Of a stretch of DNA of 64,000 bases, positions 23,190 to 34,447 are shown piece by piece. Made by a program: the position numbers and the translations under genes. The notes under the pieces were generated by a model, which had not been told where the DNA came from, did not search any database, and saw only the letters and a program-made list of their open reading frames with translations. Numbering within the stretch: the stretch's first letter is position 1; the number at the start of each line of letters is the position of its first letter. This DNA comes from Rebecca billardiae RCC1528 (taxonomy: Eukaryota; Protista; Haptophyta): NCBI GenBank assembly GCA_965240325.2, contig OZ251226.1:496001-560000 (forward strand), in the 5' to 3' direction.

Positions 23190-24248
23190 GAGGCCACTCG
23201 AGCGACTTCGTGTCAGGCGAGGCAGATCGCGCCAGTGCGAGGCGAGGCAGACGCTCGCCTGCCTCGCCCAGCAGGCGAGGCAGCTAAGCTAGTAAAGCCG
23301 CGGCCGAACTTTACGAAAGCCAAATGTCTGCCGGTGCGCCGCCCGTCTTTGCGCACGGTGACAAGGGCGCGCGAGGGCGCTTCCTCACGATCCCGAAGAG
23401 CGCTGCGCGCGGCGTCGCGTTGGCGGCGGCAGCGGCGCTGGGGTGTATCTTGCCCATTCTGCTTGGCGGTGCGCGCTCATGACGCCTCGGCCGCCGCCAC
23501 GCCATGCGCGACCGGGCGTGTCGCCTTCTTGACGGGCAGTGCACACGCCCTTGCAAGCGCACAGCCGTGAAGAGCCGAGAGCGTCCGTCGCGCGCACGCC
23601 GCCCACGCGGGATGAGGTTTCAGGACTATTCGTATGACACTGAGCGATCGCGCTCTGGCATGTGCGAGCCATGATGACCATGGGTAGCAACTACGATGAC
23701 CACTGCTCACCTGCATTTCAGCCGATGACATCCTCTCGTTCAGCGATCTTGACTGCTCTGAACGCATGGCGAACTCGGCGGAGCGCATGGGCAAGGTGGC
23801 TTCGTTGATAACACAAAGCATCCCGCGTGGGCGGCGTGCGCGCGACGGACGCTCTCGGCTCTTCACGGCTGTGCGCTTGCAAGGGCGTGTGCACTGCCCG
23901 TCAAGAAGGCGACACGCCCGGTCGCGCATGGCGTGGCGGCGGCCGAGGCGTCATGAGCGCGCACCGCCAAGCAGAATGGGCAAGATACACCCCAGCGCCG
24001 CTGCCGCCGCCAACGCGACGCCGCGCGCAGCGCTCTTCGGGATCGTGAGGAAGCGCCCTCGCGCGCCCTTGTCACCGTGCGCAAAGACGGGCGGCGCACC
24101 GGCAGACATTTGGCTTTCGTAAAGTTCGGCCGCGGCTTTACTAGCTTAGCTGCCTCGCCTGCTGGGCGAGGCAGGCGAGCGTCTGCCTCGCCTCGCACTG
24201 GCGCGATCTGCCTCGCCTGACACGAAGTCGCTCGAGCGGCCTCCCTTG
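23190..24248. mobile_element. Foldback element B (~425-bp terminal inverted repeats), fused directly to element A
   Basis: Arms 23190-23614 and 23819-24243, plus terminal CCTTG to 24248; 204-bp spacer. The left arm lacks the terminal CAAGG. CATCTAC flanks the whole A+B unit (22055-22061 and 24249-24255). Confidence 0.9.
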
Positions 24249-24377
24249 CATCTACCATACTGTAGCCTCGTCAAGAGACAAGACTGCGTCTCGCCCGTCA
24301 CGGACTCACACCACTCACGGACACGGTCACGATGGGCACGATATATGGCGCCGCGCGAAGTCCGCGCGCGTGCGCGC

Positions 24378-27300
24378 TCAGTCGCTGTCGCTGTCCGCGG
24401 CGGCAGCTGGCGCACCACGGAGCTCTGCCTCCGGCACGGCTGCGACCGCCTGATGCCGCCGGAAGCGCGTCTCGTAGATGCGCTCGAGCGGCCGCGATGC
24501 CATCTTGTCGTGCTGCTTTGCCAGATCCGTCACCTGCGGCGGCCGCGACGCGGCCAGGCCGGGGCGGCGGCGCGGCGCGTGGGCGATCATCACGTGCGTG
24601 CGGCGGGTGCCGGGGCGCACGAGCAGGCGGTGCGCACCGCCAGACGCGCGGGCGGATCGGTCGAGTGGGCCGCGGCGCGCGCGTCCGCCCTCGCGCTCGC
24701 GAGGCACTCGCCGCGCGGCATCTGGCACGCGCGCGCGCGCGCCGCCGCGACGCACCGCCTTGAGCGCAGCCTTTGCCGCGCTCGACGCATAGCCCGCGGC
24801 CGCTTCGGCGTGCTTGTGCATCTGCGGCTCGAGCACGCCGCGCACGCGCTCCTCCTGCTCGCGGTGCGCCTCGGCAAAGTCCTTGAGCTCCCCCCAGAGG
24901 CCGGGCTGCCGCTCGAGCAGCTCGCGGCCGTGCTTGCGCTCCAGCTGCAGCGCCGACTCGACCGCCTTGCGCACGCGCACGACCGCGGCGCGCTGGGCGT
25001 CGACCCAGTGCTGCGCCGCGCCGACGGAGCGCAGCAGCCGCTCGCGCGCGCGGAGCTCCGCCTCGAGCTGCTCGTGCCGCCGCCGCTGCTGTGACGTGTG
25101 CGCGCGCGCGAGCGCGGCGCGCGGCTGGCCCGAGCCGCGCGCCGCGCCGTGCGCGCGCAGCAGCGCGCTCACCACCTCCGTGTGTGCGCTCTGCTCGCGC
25201 TCGGCGTCGTCTAGCGGCGTGTGCCCGTGGTCGTCCTCCGCGTTCACGTCCACCCCGGCCGCCTTGCACAGGCACGACGCCGCGCCGAGCGCGGCGTGCG
25301 ACGCGGCCACGTGCAGCGCGGTGCGGCCGAACGAATCGGCCGCGTTCACGTCGCACCGAAAGAACAGAAGCCGCGTGAGCGCGGGCGCGTCGTCCGCCGC
25401 GGCCGCCGCGTTGAGCCGCGCCGCGTGGTCGAGGCCGCCGAGGTGGGCGCCGGCGGCGAGCAGCGCGTCCGCGCTGCCGAGCTGCGCGTGCGTGAGCGCG
25501 GAGCGCAGCGGCGTCTTGCCGCGCCGGTCGACCGCGTTTGCGTCCGCGCGGCGCGCGAGCAGCAGCTGGATCATCTGGACGCGCCCCTCGGCCGCTGCGA
25601 GGTGCAGCGCCGTGCGGCCGAAGGCGGTGGCGGCGTTCACGCTCGCGCCGAAGCGGAGGAGGCGCTCGAGCGTCTCGAGCCCGTCGGGCTGCCTCACCGC
25701 CGCGACCAGCTCCTGCGTCGCGTGCGAGGACGAGTGCACCGCGCCGTGCCGCGCGAGCAGCGCCGCCGCGTCGCGCTGGTTGCTGCGCAGCGCGTCGGCG
25801 AGCGGCGTGCTGCCGTGCTCGTCCTCCGCGTTCACGTCGGCGCGCGCCGAGAGGAGCAGCTCAATCAGAGGCGCGCTCCCCGCGCACGCGGCGAGGTGCA
25901 GCGCGCGCCGGCCCGAGAAGTCGCCGCGGTCGACCTCGACGGCTCCGCCCGCCAGCATCCGCCGCACCTTGCCCAGATCCCCGTGCGCGCACGCGGCGCA
26001 CAGCCGAGCGAGCTGCACGTCTGCGCGCCGCTGCCGCGCGACCGCAAGCACCTGCGCGCGGCGCGCGCGCGCGCCAGAGAGAGAGAGAGAGAGAGAGAGA
26101 GTGCAGGGCGCCGTGCCGCACGCGGGTGCGCGGGCGTGTGCTCGGCCAACGCGTGAGCTCGCGCGCGGCCGCAGCTCGCGCCGGCCGTGCGCTCGCGCGC
26201 GAGCGCGCGCCCCAAAGGTCAACGCTCGGGCACGCGCGTGCCACCGCGCGCGGCGTGAGGGCTCCTCGGCGGTGACTCACCGAGTTGAGCTTGTGCACCG
26301 AGTCCTGCCTCGTCGCCGCCTCCGAGTGCGCGGCGCTCGGCGCCTCCGACGCCGCGTACTGCGACTCAGACGCGACGGCCGAGCTCACGCCCGACGAGCG
26401 CGCGGAGACTGCGGAGCGTGCCGAGCGCATCACTGTGAAGCCTGCGCGCGGCGCGCGGCGCGCGGCCGGCAGGCGCGTTGGCGAGCGGGCGCGGCGCGGC
26501 GCGGCGCGGCGCGGTGCGGGCTGCTCGCGCGCGTGCGCGGCGCGCGCACCCTCCGACGAGCGCAGCGCCGCGTCCATCACGTGCTCCTCCTCGCCGGGGA
26601 ACGTCTTGAGCAGCTCCTTGTACTGCTCGGCCGAGAGCACAAACAGACTGGTGCCGCTCAGGCCGAGCGCGGCGCGCGCCGACTTCACGTGCCGCACGCC
26701 GAAGACGAAGGGGACGTCGCCGAGGGTCGAGCCGGGCGGCAGCGTGTCCACCGCCTCGGCGAGCTCGTACGTGCCCCCGTGCCCGTGCGCCTCCTCCTCC
26801 TCGAACACCTCGACCGCGCCCGACGCGACGAAGAGCAGCTCGGTGCACGCCTCGCCCGCGCGGAAGAGCACGCTCTCCGCCTCGAGCGAGCGCTCGCGCA
26901 GCAAAGAGGAGAGCCGGTCCTTGAAGCCCTCGGAGCACTTGGAGAGGAGCGGCGCGGCGCCGACGAGGTGCCGGTTGGTGTGCGCGGACACCTCGATCTG
27001 CAGCGGCATCGGCAGCCCCGCGTAGATCGCCTCGCCCGACGTGGCGGAGAGCGAGGCGTTCTGCAGCCGCAGCTGGAAGAAGCGCGTCAGCCGGCCTTTG
27101 AGCGCGCCGGGCACGCGGATCGCCTCCACGTATGCGGTCACCACCTCGAGCTGGCCGCGCTTCTTGACGATCTCGTCGTCCTGCTTCATCACCAGCCCGG
27201 ACACCTGCCCGACCACCCACGCATACACCGTCATGTTGAGCACGAGCATCAGGATGTAGAACCCAACCTGTGCGCACGGGCCCCGGGCGCGCCGCGCAGG

Positions 27301-30300
27301 GCGAGGGGCGTGAGCGCGCGCGCGGCGCGCGGCACTCGGCGGCCGCGCGCGACGGCGGGCGGGCTGGCACGCCGCGCGCAGGCGTGGCGGCGATCTCGGC
27401 GCAGTCTCGCGCGCGCCTCGGCGTAGTTGGCCGGCAGCTGCAGCGTGCCGAGCGTGGTCACCATCGAGAGCACGATGTACGTGCCCGCGAGGTAGTGGTC
27501 CAGCGCCTCCACCTCCACCGCGTCGAACTTGCGGAACTCGCCGTCCACGGACGCGCGCGCCTCGTTGTACGCGCCCGCCCACGTGACGCGCGCGTGCTGC
27601 CGCGCAACGTCGGTCTCGCCGAGCGCGTGGAGGATGCACGCGAGCAGGTGGGAGACGAGCAGCAGCACGAGGATGTAGTGGCACAGCCCCGAGAGCAGCT
27701 GGTCGTCGCGCAGCGAGCGGCCCCAGCGCAGGTACGCGCGCAGCGTGTACCGCAGGTTGAGCAGCCGCACGACGCGCAGGACGAGCCGCCACATCGGGTG
27801 CGCGCCGAGCGCGAGCGCGAGCAGGTCGTGCGGCCACGCCGCGAACGCGTCGGCGACGAAGGGGCCCTTGAGGTACGCGTCGCGCATCAGCCTGGGCTCG
27901 ACCACCTCGACCGAGCGCTCGTTCACATACGTCGTGCGGAAGCGCAGCGCGATCCGAGCCAAGTAGAAGGCGTCCACGCCGAGGTTGAGCTGCAGCAGCC
28001 ACGGCGTGCGCAGCGCCTCGTCGAGGAAGGAGAGCTGCAGCGGGATCAGGAAGAGGTCGACGACGGTCAGCCCGAGGAAGAGCGCGTGCAGCGACGCGTG
28101 CGCGCGCGAGTGCACCGAGAGGGTCCAGCGGCTGCGAGCCTTGGCCGCGTCGCCGTCCGCGGTCGGGCTGGCGAGCGGCGCGCCGCCCTCGGGCGACACC
28201 TTGGCTGTCCGCGCGCCGCCCGCGCCGCTGCGCACGCCGAGCGCGCCGAGCGCGAGCTGCGCGAGCCTCAGCGAGCCGGACGCCTTGTGCGAGCCCTCCA
28301 GCTTGAACGCGGCGGCCGCCTCGAGCAGCGCGTCGGCGAGCCCCTCCCACGTGAGCTCGGCGCCCGCGCCGTGCGCGCCGGCCGCGTCGGCGGCGGCTCT
28401 GCCTCGCGCCGACGCGAGCGCGCTGCCCGATGCTGCCGCGCGCGCGCCGCCGTCGCTCGCGCCCGCGCCCGCGCGCGGCTTGAGCGAGCGCCCGAGCCGC
28501 CGCTCGCACCACGCCGCCGCCGTCGCCGGGCGCGCGCCGACCGGCAGGATCACGTACTGCTCGACCACGCCGAGCAGCTCGGACGCCGTCACCGCCGCGT
28601 CCGCCGCCAGCCGCCCGGACTCGACGCGCTGCTGCACGCCCTCCGCCACGGCCGCGTACGCCGCGGCCGAGACGACCGCCTGCTCGAAGAGCGCGTACAC
28701 GCTCTCCGCCGCCGGCTCGGCGGCGAGGGCGTCGCCGTCGTGGGCGTGCTTGGCGGAGTCGAGGGCGGCGGCGCCGCCGCCGCCCGACGCCACGGACGCG
28801 GCCGTCGGCGTGCCCAGGGCCAGCTTGGGCACGGCGGCCAACTCGGGCTGCGCGTGGCCAGTCGGCGTTTTCTGCGCCGAAGCGAGGGCCGCGCCCGCCT
28901 CCGCCTCCGCCTCCGCCTCGTGCTCATCCTCGTGCGACTGCAGGACCCACGCGACGGCGCCGACGAGGAACTGCGGCTGCGTGAGCGACCGACCAGCAAG
29001 CCGCTTGCCGGGGTTCCGAACGCTCTGGCGGCGCGAGCTGGGACCGTTGTCAGGCGGCGCCGTGTCCGCGAGCTCGGGATCATCGCTGGCCTCGTCGTCG
29101 GCCGGCGCCGCCGCGAGCGCGGCAAGGTCGAGCAGGCTCGACGGCGCGACGGCGGGCGGGCGCTCGAGATCGTCGCCGCCGCGAGAGGGCCCCGCTGCTG
29201 TGGTTGCGGCGTTGGCGCCGCCCCGCGACGTGACGCCCACCGAGTCGGCCGGACCGCCGTGATCGGCGCCCGGACCCTCCGCCCTCTCCGCGGGCGGCTC
29301 CAGCTCGTCGCGCGAGAAGGCGAACGCGGCATCCAGCAGCACGCTGTACAGGGCCTTCACCTCGGTGGTGCCGAACTCGCCGAGGCTCTTCTGCAGCCGG
29401 CGCACGTCCCGCAGCCGGATCGCGCCCTGCCCGCGCTGGTCGAACAGCTGGAACAGCTCGGCCAACACGGCGCACGCCTCGTCCACCTCGTCGCACAGGG
29501 CGCGCGGCGCGCCGCCCTTGTCGGCCGCCGCCGAGCGCTTCGCATTGCCGCCGTCGTCGGCCTCGGTCTCGGCTGGCGCGCCGAGCGCTGCGAGCGTGTC
29601 CGAGGTGCTGTCCACCGTCTCAGCGAGTGGCGCCGGCCTCCAGGGCGCAGAGCCGCCCTGCAGCCGGATGACGGTGGTGCTGCCGAGCACCATCGACGCC
29701 CCCACGCCGCTGGCCCCGCCGGCCCTGCTGGCCCGGCTGGCCCGGCTGGCCCGGCTGACCCGGCTGGCCATGCTGGGGCGGCTCCTGGGCGGCTCGTCGG
29801 CCTCGTGCCAGAAGCGCGCAGCCGGCTCGACGAGCTCGCGCGCCGACGGCGCGGACGCGCCCGCCTTGTGCCGCGCCGCGAGCAGCCGGACCAGCCGAGG
29901 CGAGGTGAAGAGGACGAAGAAGCCGAGATCAGCCAGGTTGAAGCCGGCCGCGACCGCGTCGGCGCCGCCGCCATGCCCGCTCGGCTCGGCCGGCCGCGGC
30001 TGCTGCCAGCCCTCCTCCTGCTGCTGGGTCTGCTGAGGGCTGGCGCGCTGCATCAGCGGGGCGTTCGAGCCGCGCCGCTCCGGCCGATTCGCGCCGGCGC
30101 GGGTGACGCTGTCGCGCCGGGTGAAGCGGCGCGAGAAGAGCGCTGGGCTCCGCCCCTCGCTTGGGGCGCTCGGCACTGCGACCGAGCCGTGGCTAGCGCG
30201 CAGCTCGGCGCTGCGCGACATGCTCGACCGATTGGCGCGCCGCCGCTCGCGGTGCCGCTGGTGCGAGTGCATCGCGTGGCCCAGCGCGTCGACCTCGGCC

Positions 30301-33300
30301 GGCACGTCGGCCTCGGCCTCGGCGGCGGCGCCGCCCAGGATCGTCCCGCCGGGCGCGCCGACCATGCGCCCGACCTCTGCGTAGATCTCGGCCTGCACGC
30401 CGTCCACGTCCGCGCGCGGCACCTGCAGCTCGCGCTCGAGCAGGCCGCGCAGCGCGCCGTGCTGCCGTGCGCCGCGCGGCTGCTGCCCGGCGGCGGCGTG
30501 CGGGGCTGGCTCGGCCATGGCGCGATCGAAGGCGTCGCGCAGGCGGGCAAGGGCGAGACTCGCGTGCGGCAGCAGCAGCAGCAGCCGGATGAAGCTTCGG
30601 GACGAGGCGCCATCCTGCGCCTGCCGCTGCTCGCCCTCTGCGTCGCCGGTCGGCGCGCGCGCCGCGCCGTCGCGCGGGTCCTCCGCATCGCTGCCGTCGC
30701 TGTCGCCCTCGTCAAAGCCATCGAGGTCCTGCGCGTCGTCCTCGTCGTCCTCGTCGTCCTCGGCGCCGTACTCGCTGATCCACATGTCCACGTGCCGCGC
30801 GAGCGTCTTGAAGAGCTGGCGCTGCCCGCCGATCAGATAGCCCACGCCGTCGGCGAGCGTCTGCAGCGACACCTCCGCCTCGCGCGCGCGCGCGAGCATC
30901 AGCACGCGCCGCTCCTTGGTGCGCCGCGCGTGCTCGGCGAGGCTGGCGTGCACGGCGCTCATCGGCGTCGGGTCGGCCGCGAGCGCGGCGAGGCGCGCCG
31001 CGTGCTCGGCGCTCAGCTGCTCGGCGGGCAGCGTCGCGCCGCAGACGTGCACGAGCATGCGCGCGAGCGCGTCCGCGGTGCCGCGCTCGAGCCTCTCGTC
31101 GCTGAGCGCGAGCGCGTCGCTCAGCGCCGAGCGCGACCAGCGATCGGTGGCCGTGGCATCCGCCATCGACGCGAGCAGGAGGTGCGTGCACGCGAGCGCG
31201 CCCGCGCGCACCGCGAAGTGCAGCGCGGTGCGCCGGTCGTAGTCGCGCGCGTCGATCTGCGCGCCCATGTCGAGCAGGAAGCGCAGCCGCTCCTCGTCCG
31301 CCTCGGCCGCGGCGCGCCGCAGCTGCTCGGCGAGCGTGCGATCGCTCGCCTTGGACGAGTTGCGCACGAGCAGCTGCGCGGTGAGCACGTGGTTCGCGCC
31401 GATCGCGTCGTCGAGCGGCGTCATGCCCCACAGGTCCGTGCTCGACGCGTCGGCGAGCGCGGTGAGCAGGTACTCGACGACGCGCGCATCGCCCTCGCTC
31501 GCGGCGAGGTGGAGCGCGGTGCGGCCGTCGTGGTCGGCCGAGTTGATGTCGACGCCCTGCGCGCGCAGCACGCCGAGCATGCTCATGTCGCCGTCGCGCG
31601 CGGCGCTGTGCATCCACCCCGCCGCGGTCTGCGCGTCGACGCACAGCGCCGCGCCGTTGCGCTGGAGCACCTCCGCCACCTCGGCGTGGCGGCGCACGAT
31701 GGCGTCGCGGATCGGCGTCGAGCGCCAACGGTCGGTCGCGTTCACGTCGGCGTCGAACTCGCAGAGCAGCGCGCACACGCTCGCGTTGCCCCCGACCGCG
31801 GCGAGGTGGAGGGCGGTGCGCCCGTCGTACGAGCGCAGCGTGAGCTCGTACCCCTGCGTGCTCAGCATCGCGCGGATCGCCTCGACGTCGCCCTGCGAGA
31901 TCGCGCCGGCCATCCTGAGGAACTGCTCCTCGCCGCGAGCGACGATCGACGCTCGGATGGTCTCGCGCAGCTCCTCCAGCTCGCGCTGCTCGGCGGCGTC
32001 GGCGGACTCGGCGCCCGCCGCCGCGCTGGGCAGGTCCTCGCCGAAGCTGTCGAGGTGGAACGTGCGCAGCAGGTTGAGCGTGATCGCGCCCACCTCCTCC
32101 GGGTACGCCGACGCGACGCCCTCCCACTCGTGCCGCTTGAGCACCACGAGCGTCACCTCGCCGGTCGCGGTCGCGCACACCGTGTACGGCTGCGGGATGC
32201 CGAGGAAGAAGGCGATCTCGCCGACGACTTGGCCGGGGCCGATGTCGGAGCGCACGGTGGCGATGTGCACGTGCTCCTTCTGCACGAGCAGCGAGCCGCC
32301 CACGCACCAGCTCAGCTCGATCGAGCCGTCGTGCCGGCTGAAGAGCACCTCGCGCGGCGCGACGAACCGCTCGCGCAGCGAGAGCGTGAGCATCTTGATG
32401 AGCTGCGGCGGCGCGCCGGCGAAGAGCGGCGTCGCGCTGACCTCGCGCGCGTACTGCGCGACGGCCACCTCCGTCTTGAGCGAGATGGGCATCTGCTCGA
32501 GGATCCGGTCCTTGGAGACGGACGCTTTCTTCTTGTTCTGGAACTCGTAGTACGTGCGCACGCGCCGCGTCACGCTCGGCGGCAGCTTCCGCTCGGCGCA
32601 GTAGTCGTCGACCGCCTTGAGGAGCTCCTTGAACTGCACGGTGTTCTCGTCGACGCGCACGACGTAGTGGAACAGCGTGCCCAGCACGAAGGCGTAGAAC
32701 ACGATCTGCACGAGCATCACGAAGATGCCGAGCGCCATCTCCAGCTCCTTTGCGAGCACCATCGGGCCGTAGCCGCACGCGGTCATGCCGGCCCAGGACA
32801 TGAACGCGGCCATCAGGTAGTGGTGGCCGTCCGTGAGCGCGTAGGGCTCGAACGTCGGGTTGCCCGTGAAGAGCACGAATTGCGCCGGCCACGAGGGCAG
32901 GTCCATCGCGTGCGCATCGCCGGCCGCGGAATACGCCTCCAGCTCGGCCAAGCCCCACCACATGCACGTCACCCTGCGCGCGCCGCGCGTCAGTCAGTCA
33001 GTCAGTCAGTCAGTCAGCGATCGGTGGGTGGCGGTGGGCGGGCGGCGGTGGTGCGCGCGCACCAGTGCGGCACGGAGAAGAGCACGAGCGCAAACTTGAA
33101 GACGTTGAAGCCCTTCACATCCGTCTGCAGGTCGTTGGTCAGCGCCTGCAGATACGCGACGAGCTCGAGGGCGCGGACGAGCCGGAAGAGCTGCGCAATC
33201 TCCCACAGGTAGACGTCGTGGTGCACCCAGTACTCGATGCGGCCCGCCCAGAGGATGGCGACAAGGAAGACGTCGATGAAGATGCGCATGCGCTGACGGT

Positions 33301-33976
33301 GCCTGCGCCCGCGCTCGGCCTCCTCGCGCTGCTGCTTGTCGGCTGCCGCGCCACCTCCGCCGCCGCCGCCACTGCCGGCGGCAGAAGACGTGTTGGAGTA
33401 GCTGTTGTCATCGTCGCCGCCACCCGCTGCGACAGCGGTCTTGGTCTCGACCGCGAGGTAGACGAGCTCGCAGACATCAACGATCGCGTCGAGCACGGTG
33501 ACCACGTGCGAGTCGAGCGTGAGCTCGATGAATGCACTGCGCATCGGGATCATCTCGAGCTCGTAGGTGAGCAGCGGGATGCGTGTGAGCTTTGCCATCT
33601 CCGCGAGCCGGCGGAGCAACTCGCGGCGGTGCGCGTCGCGCGCGGCCGCCTCGCGCGCGGCCTCCTCGGCGGCGTGCTCGCCGACGAGCACAGTGCGCCA
33701 TCTCACGCGCTTCGTGCGCCCAGCCGCGCCACCGTGACCGGTGCCGGCGCGCAGGATGCCTCTGAGCGGAGCCGCGGCGGTGGTCGACGCCGCCGCGGTG
33801 CGGGAGCGGCGAGTCGAGTCGCCACCTTTGCCGGGCGCGATGGCGCTGCTGTCGCCGGTGCGCCGCGCACCCGTGAGCCACGCCACGACGTCGCGTGGAT
33901 ACATGCGGCGCGGCGGGCGCTTGGCGCTGATGATGGTGCCGTTGTCGTGGTCGGAGCTTGGTTGGCGAGTGCGCAT
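24378..33976 (-). CDS. Tandem two-module cyclic-nucleotide-binding-domain ion channel: 2x[TM pore domain + CNBD + ankyrin repeats]
   Basis: Exons 33976-33063, 32973-27417, 27267-26550, 26441-26281, 26051-24756, 24533-24378; all junctions keep frame and intron 2 is GC-AG. Pore 1 MTACGYG; C-linker LPPSVTRRVRTYYEF; CNBD GQVVGEIAFF; ankyrins DGRTALHLAA. Second TM block with pore VTTLGTL, second CNBD GSTLGDVPF, and a second ankyrin array. Confidence 0.88.
26076..26100. repeat. (GA)n microsatellite inside a channel-gene intron
   Basis: agagagagagagagagagagagaga. Confidence 0.9.
32990..33017. repeat. (TCAG)7 microsatellite in intron 1 of the channel gene
   Basis: tcagtcagtcagtcagtcagtcagtcag. Confidence 0.9.
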
Positions 33977-34447
33977 CACATCACCGGCAAGGGTGCTCTC
34001 CTAATCACCACGAGCGAAGATACCCTTCGCGACCCGTCGCCGAGTCGTGATGATTGACGAAAATGAAGAATCGAGTATTCATTAGCATCGAACTCAAAAT
34101 ATTCCATTAGTATTCATCAGTCTCATCTTGCAAGTACACCATATAATCGGGGGATGATTTGGCGAACATCTTCAATCAAAATGCAAACATCAGTATAGAC
34201 ATTAGTATGGTACGTCAATCGTTAACTGATATGACGTTGTAAAAGTGATGACTACAATAAATGTCGATTGACGATTCGGCGCCTCGGCGCGGACGGGTCG
34301 AAAATGCGTCGATAACAATCTGAAATCTCCCATATCGATCTCCATTATTTCAACCGTTATTATTATTGATGCAATTTCCTAAGAATAATACACCGTCGTC
34401 GTCGTCGTCAACTTCATGCCTACTGCCTGCCGACCGTTGCCGAGTCA

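Noticed and set aside
22263-24258. Mirror-image ORF pairs inside the foldback elements
   Set aside because: They arise from the inverted repeats; no transposase or other motifs in arms or spacers.
24756-24960. Hemerythrin-like C-terminal segment of the channel (FAEAHREQEE..LEP)
   Set aside because: Only a partial H-xxx-E pattern; the other His ligands cannot be placed by eye.
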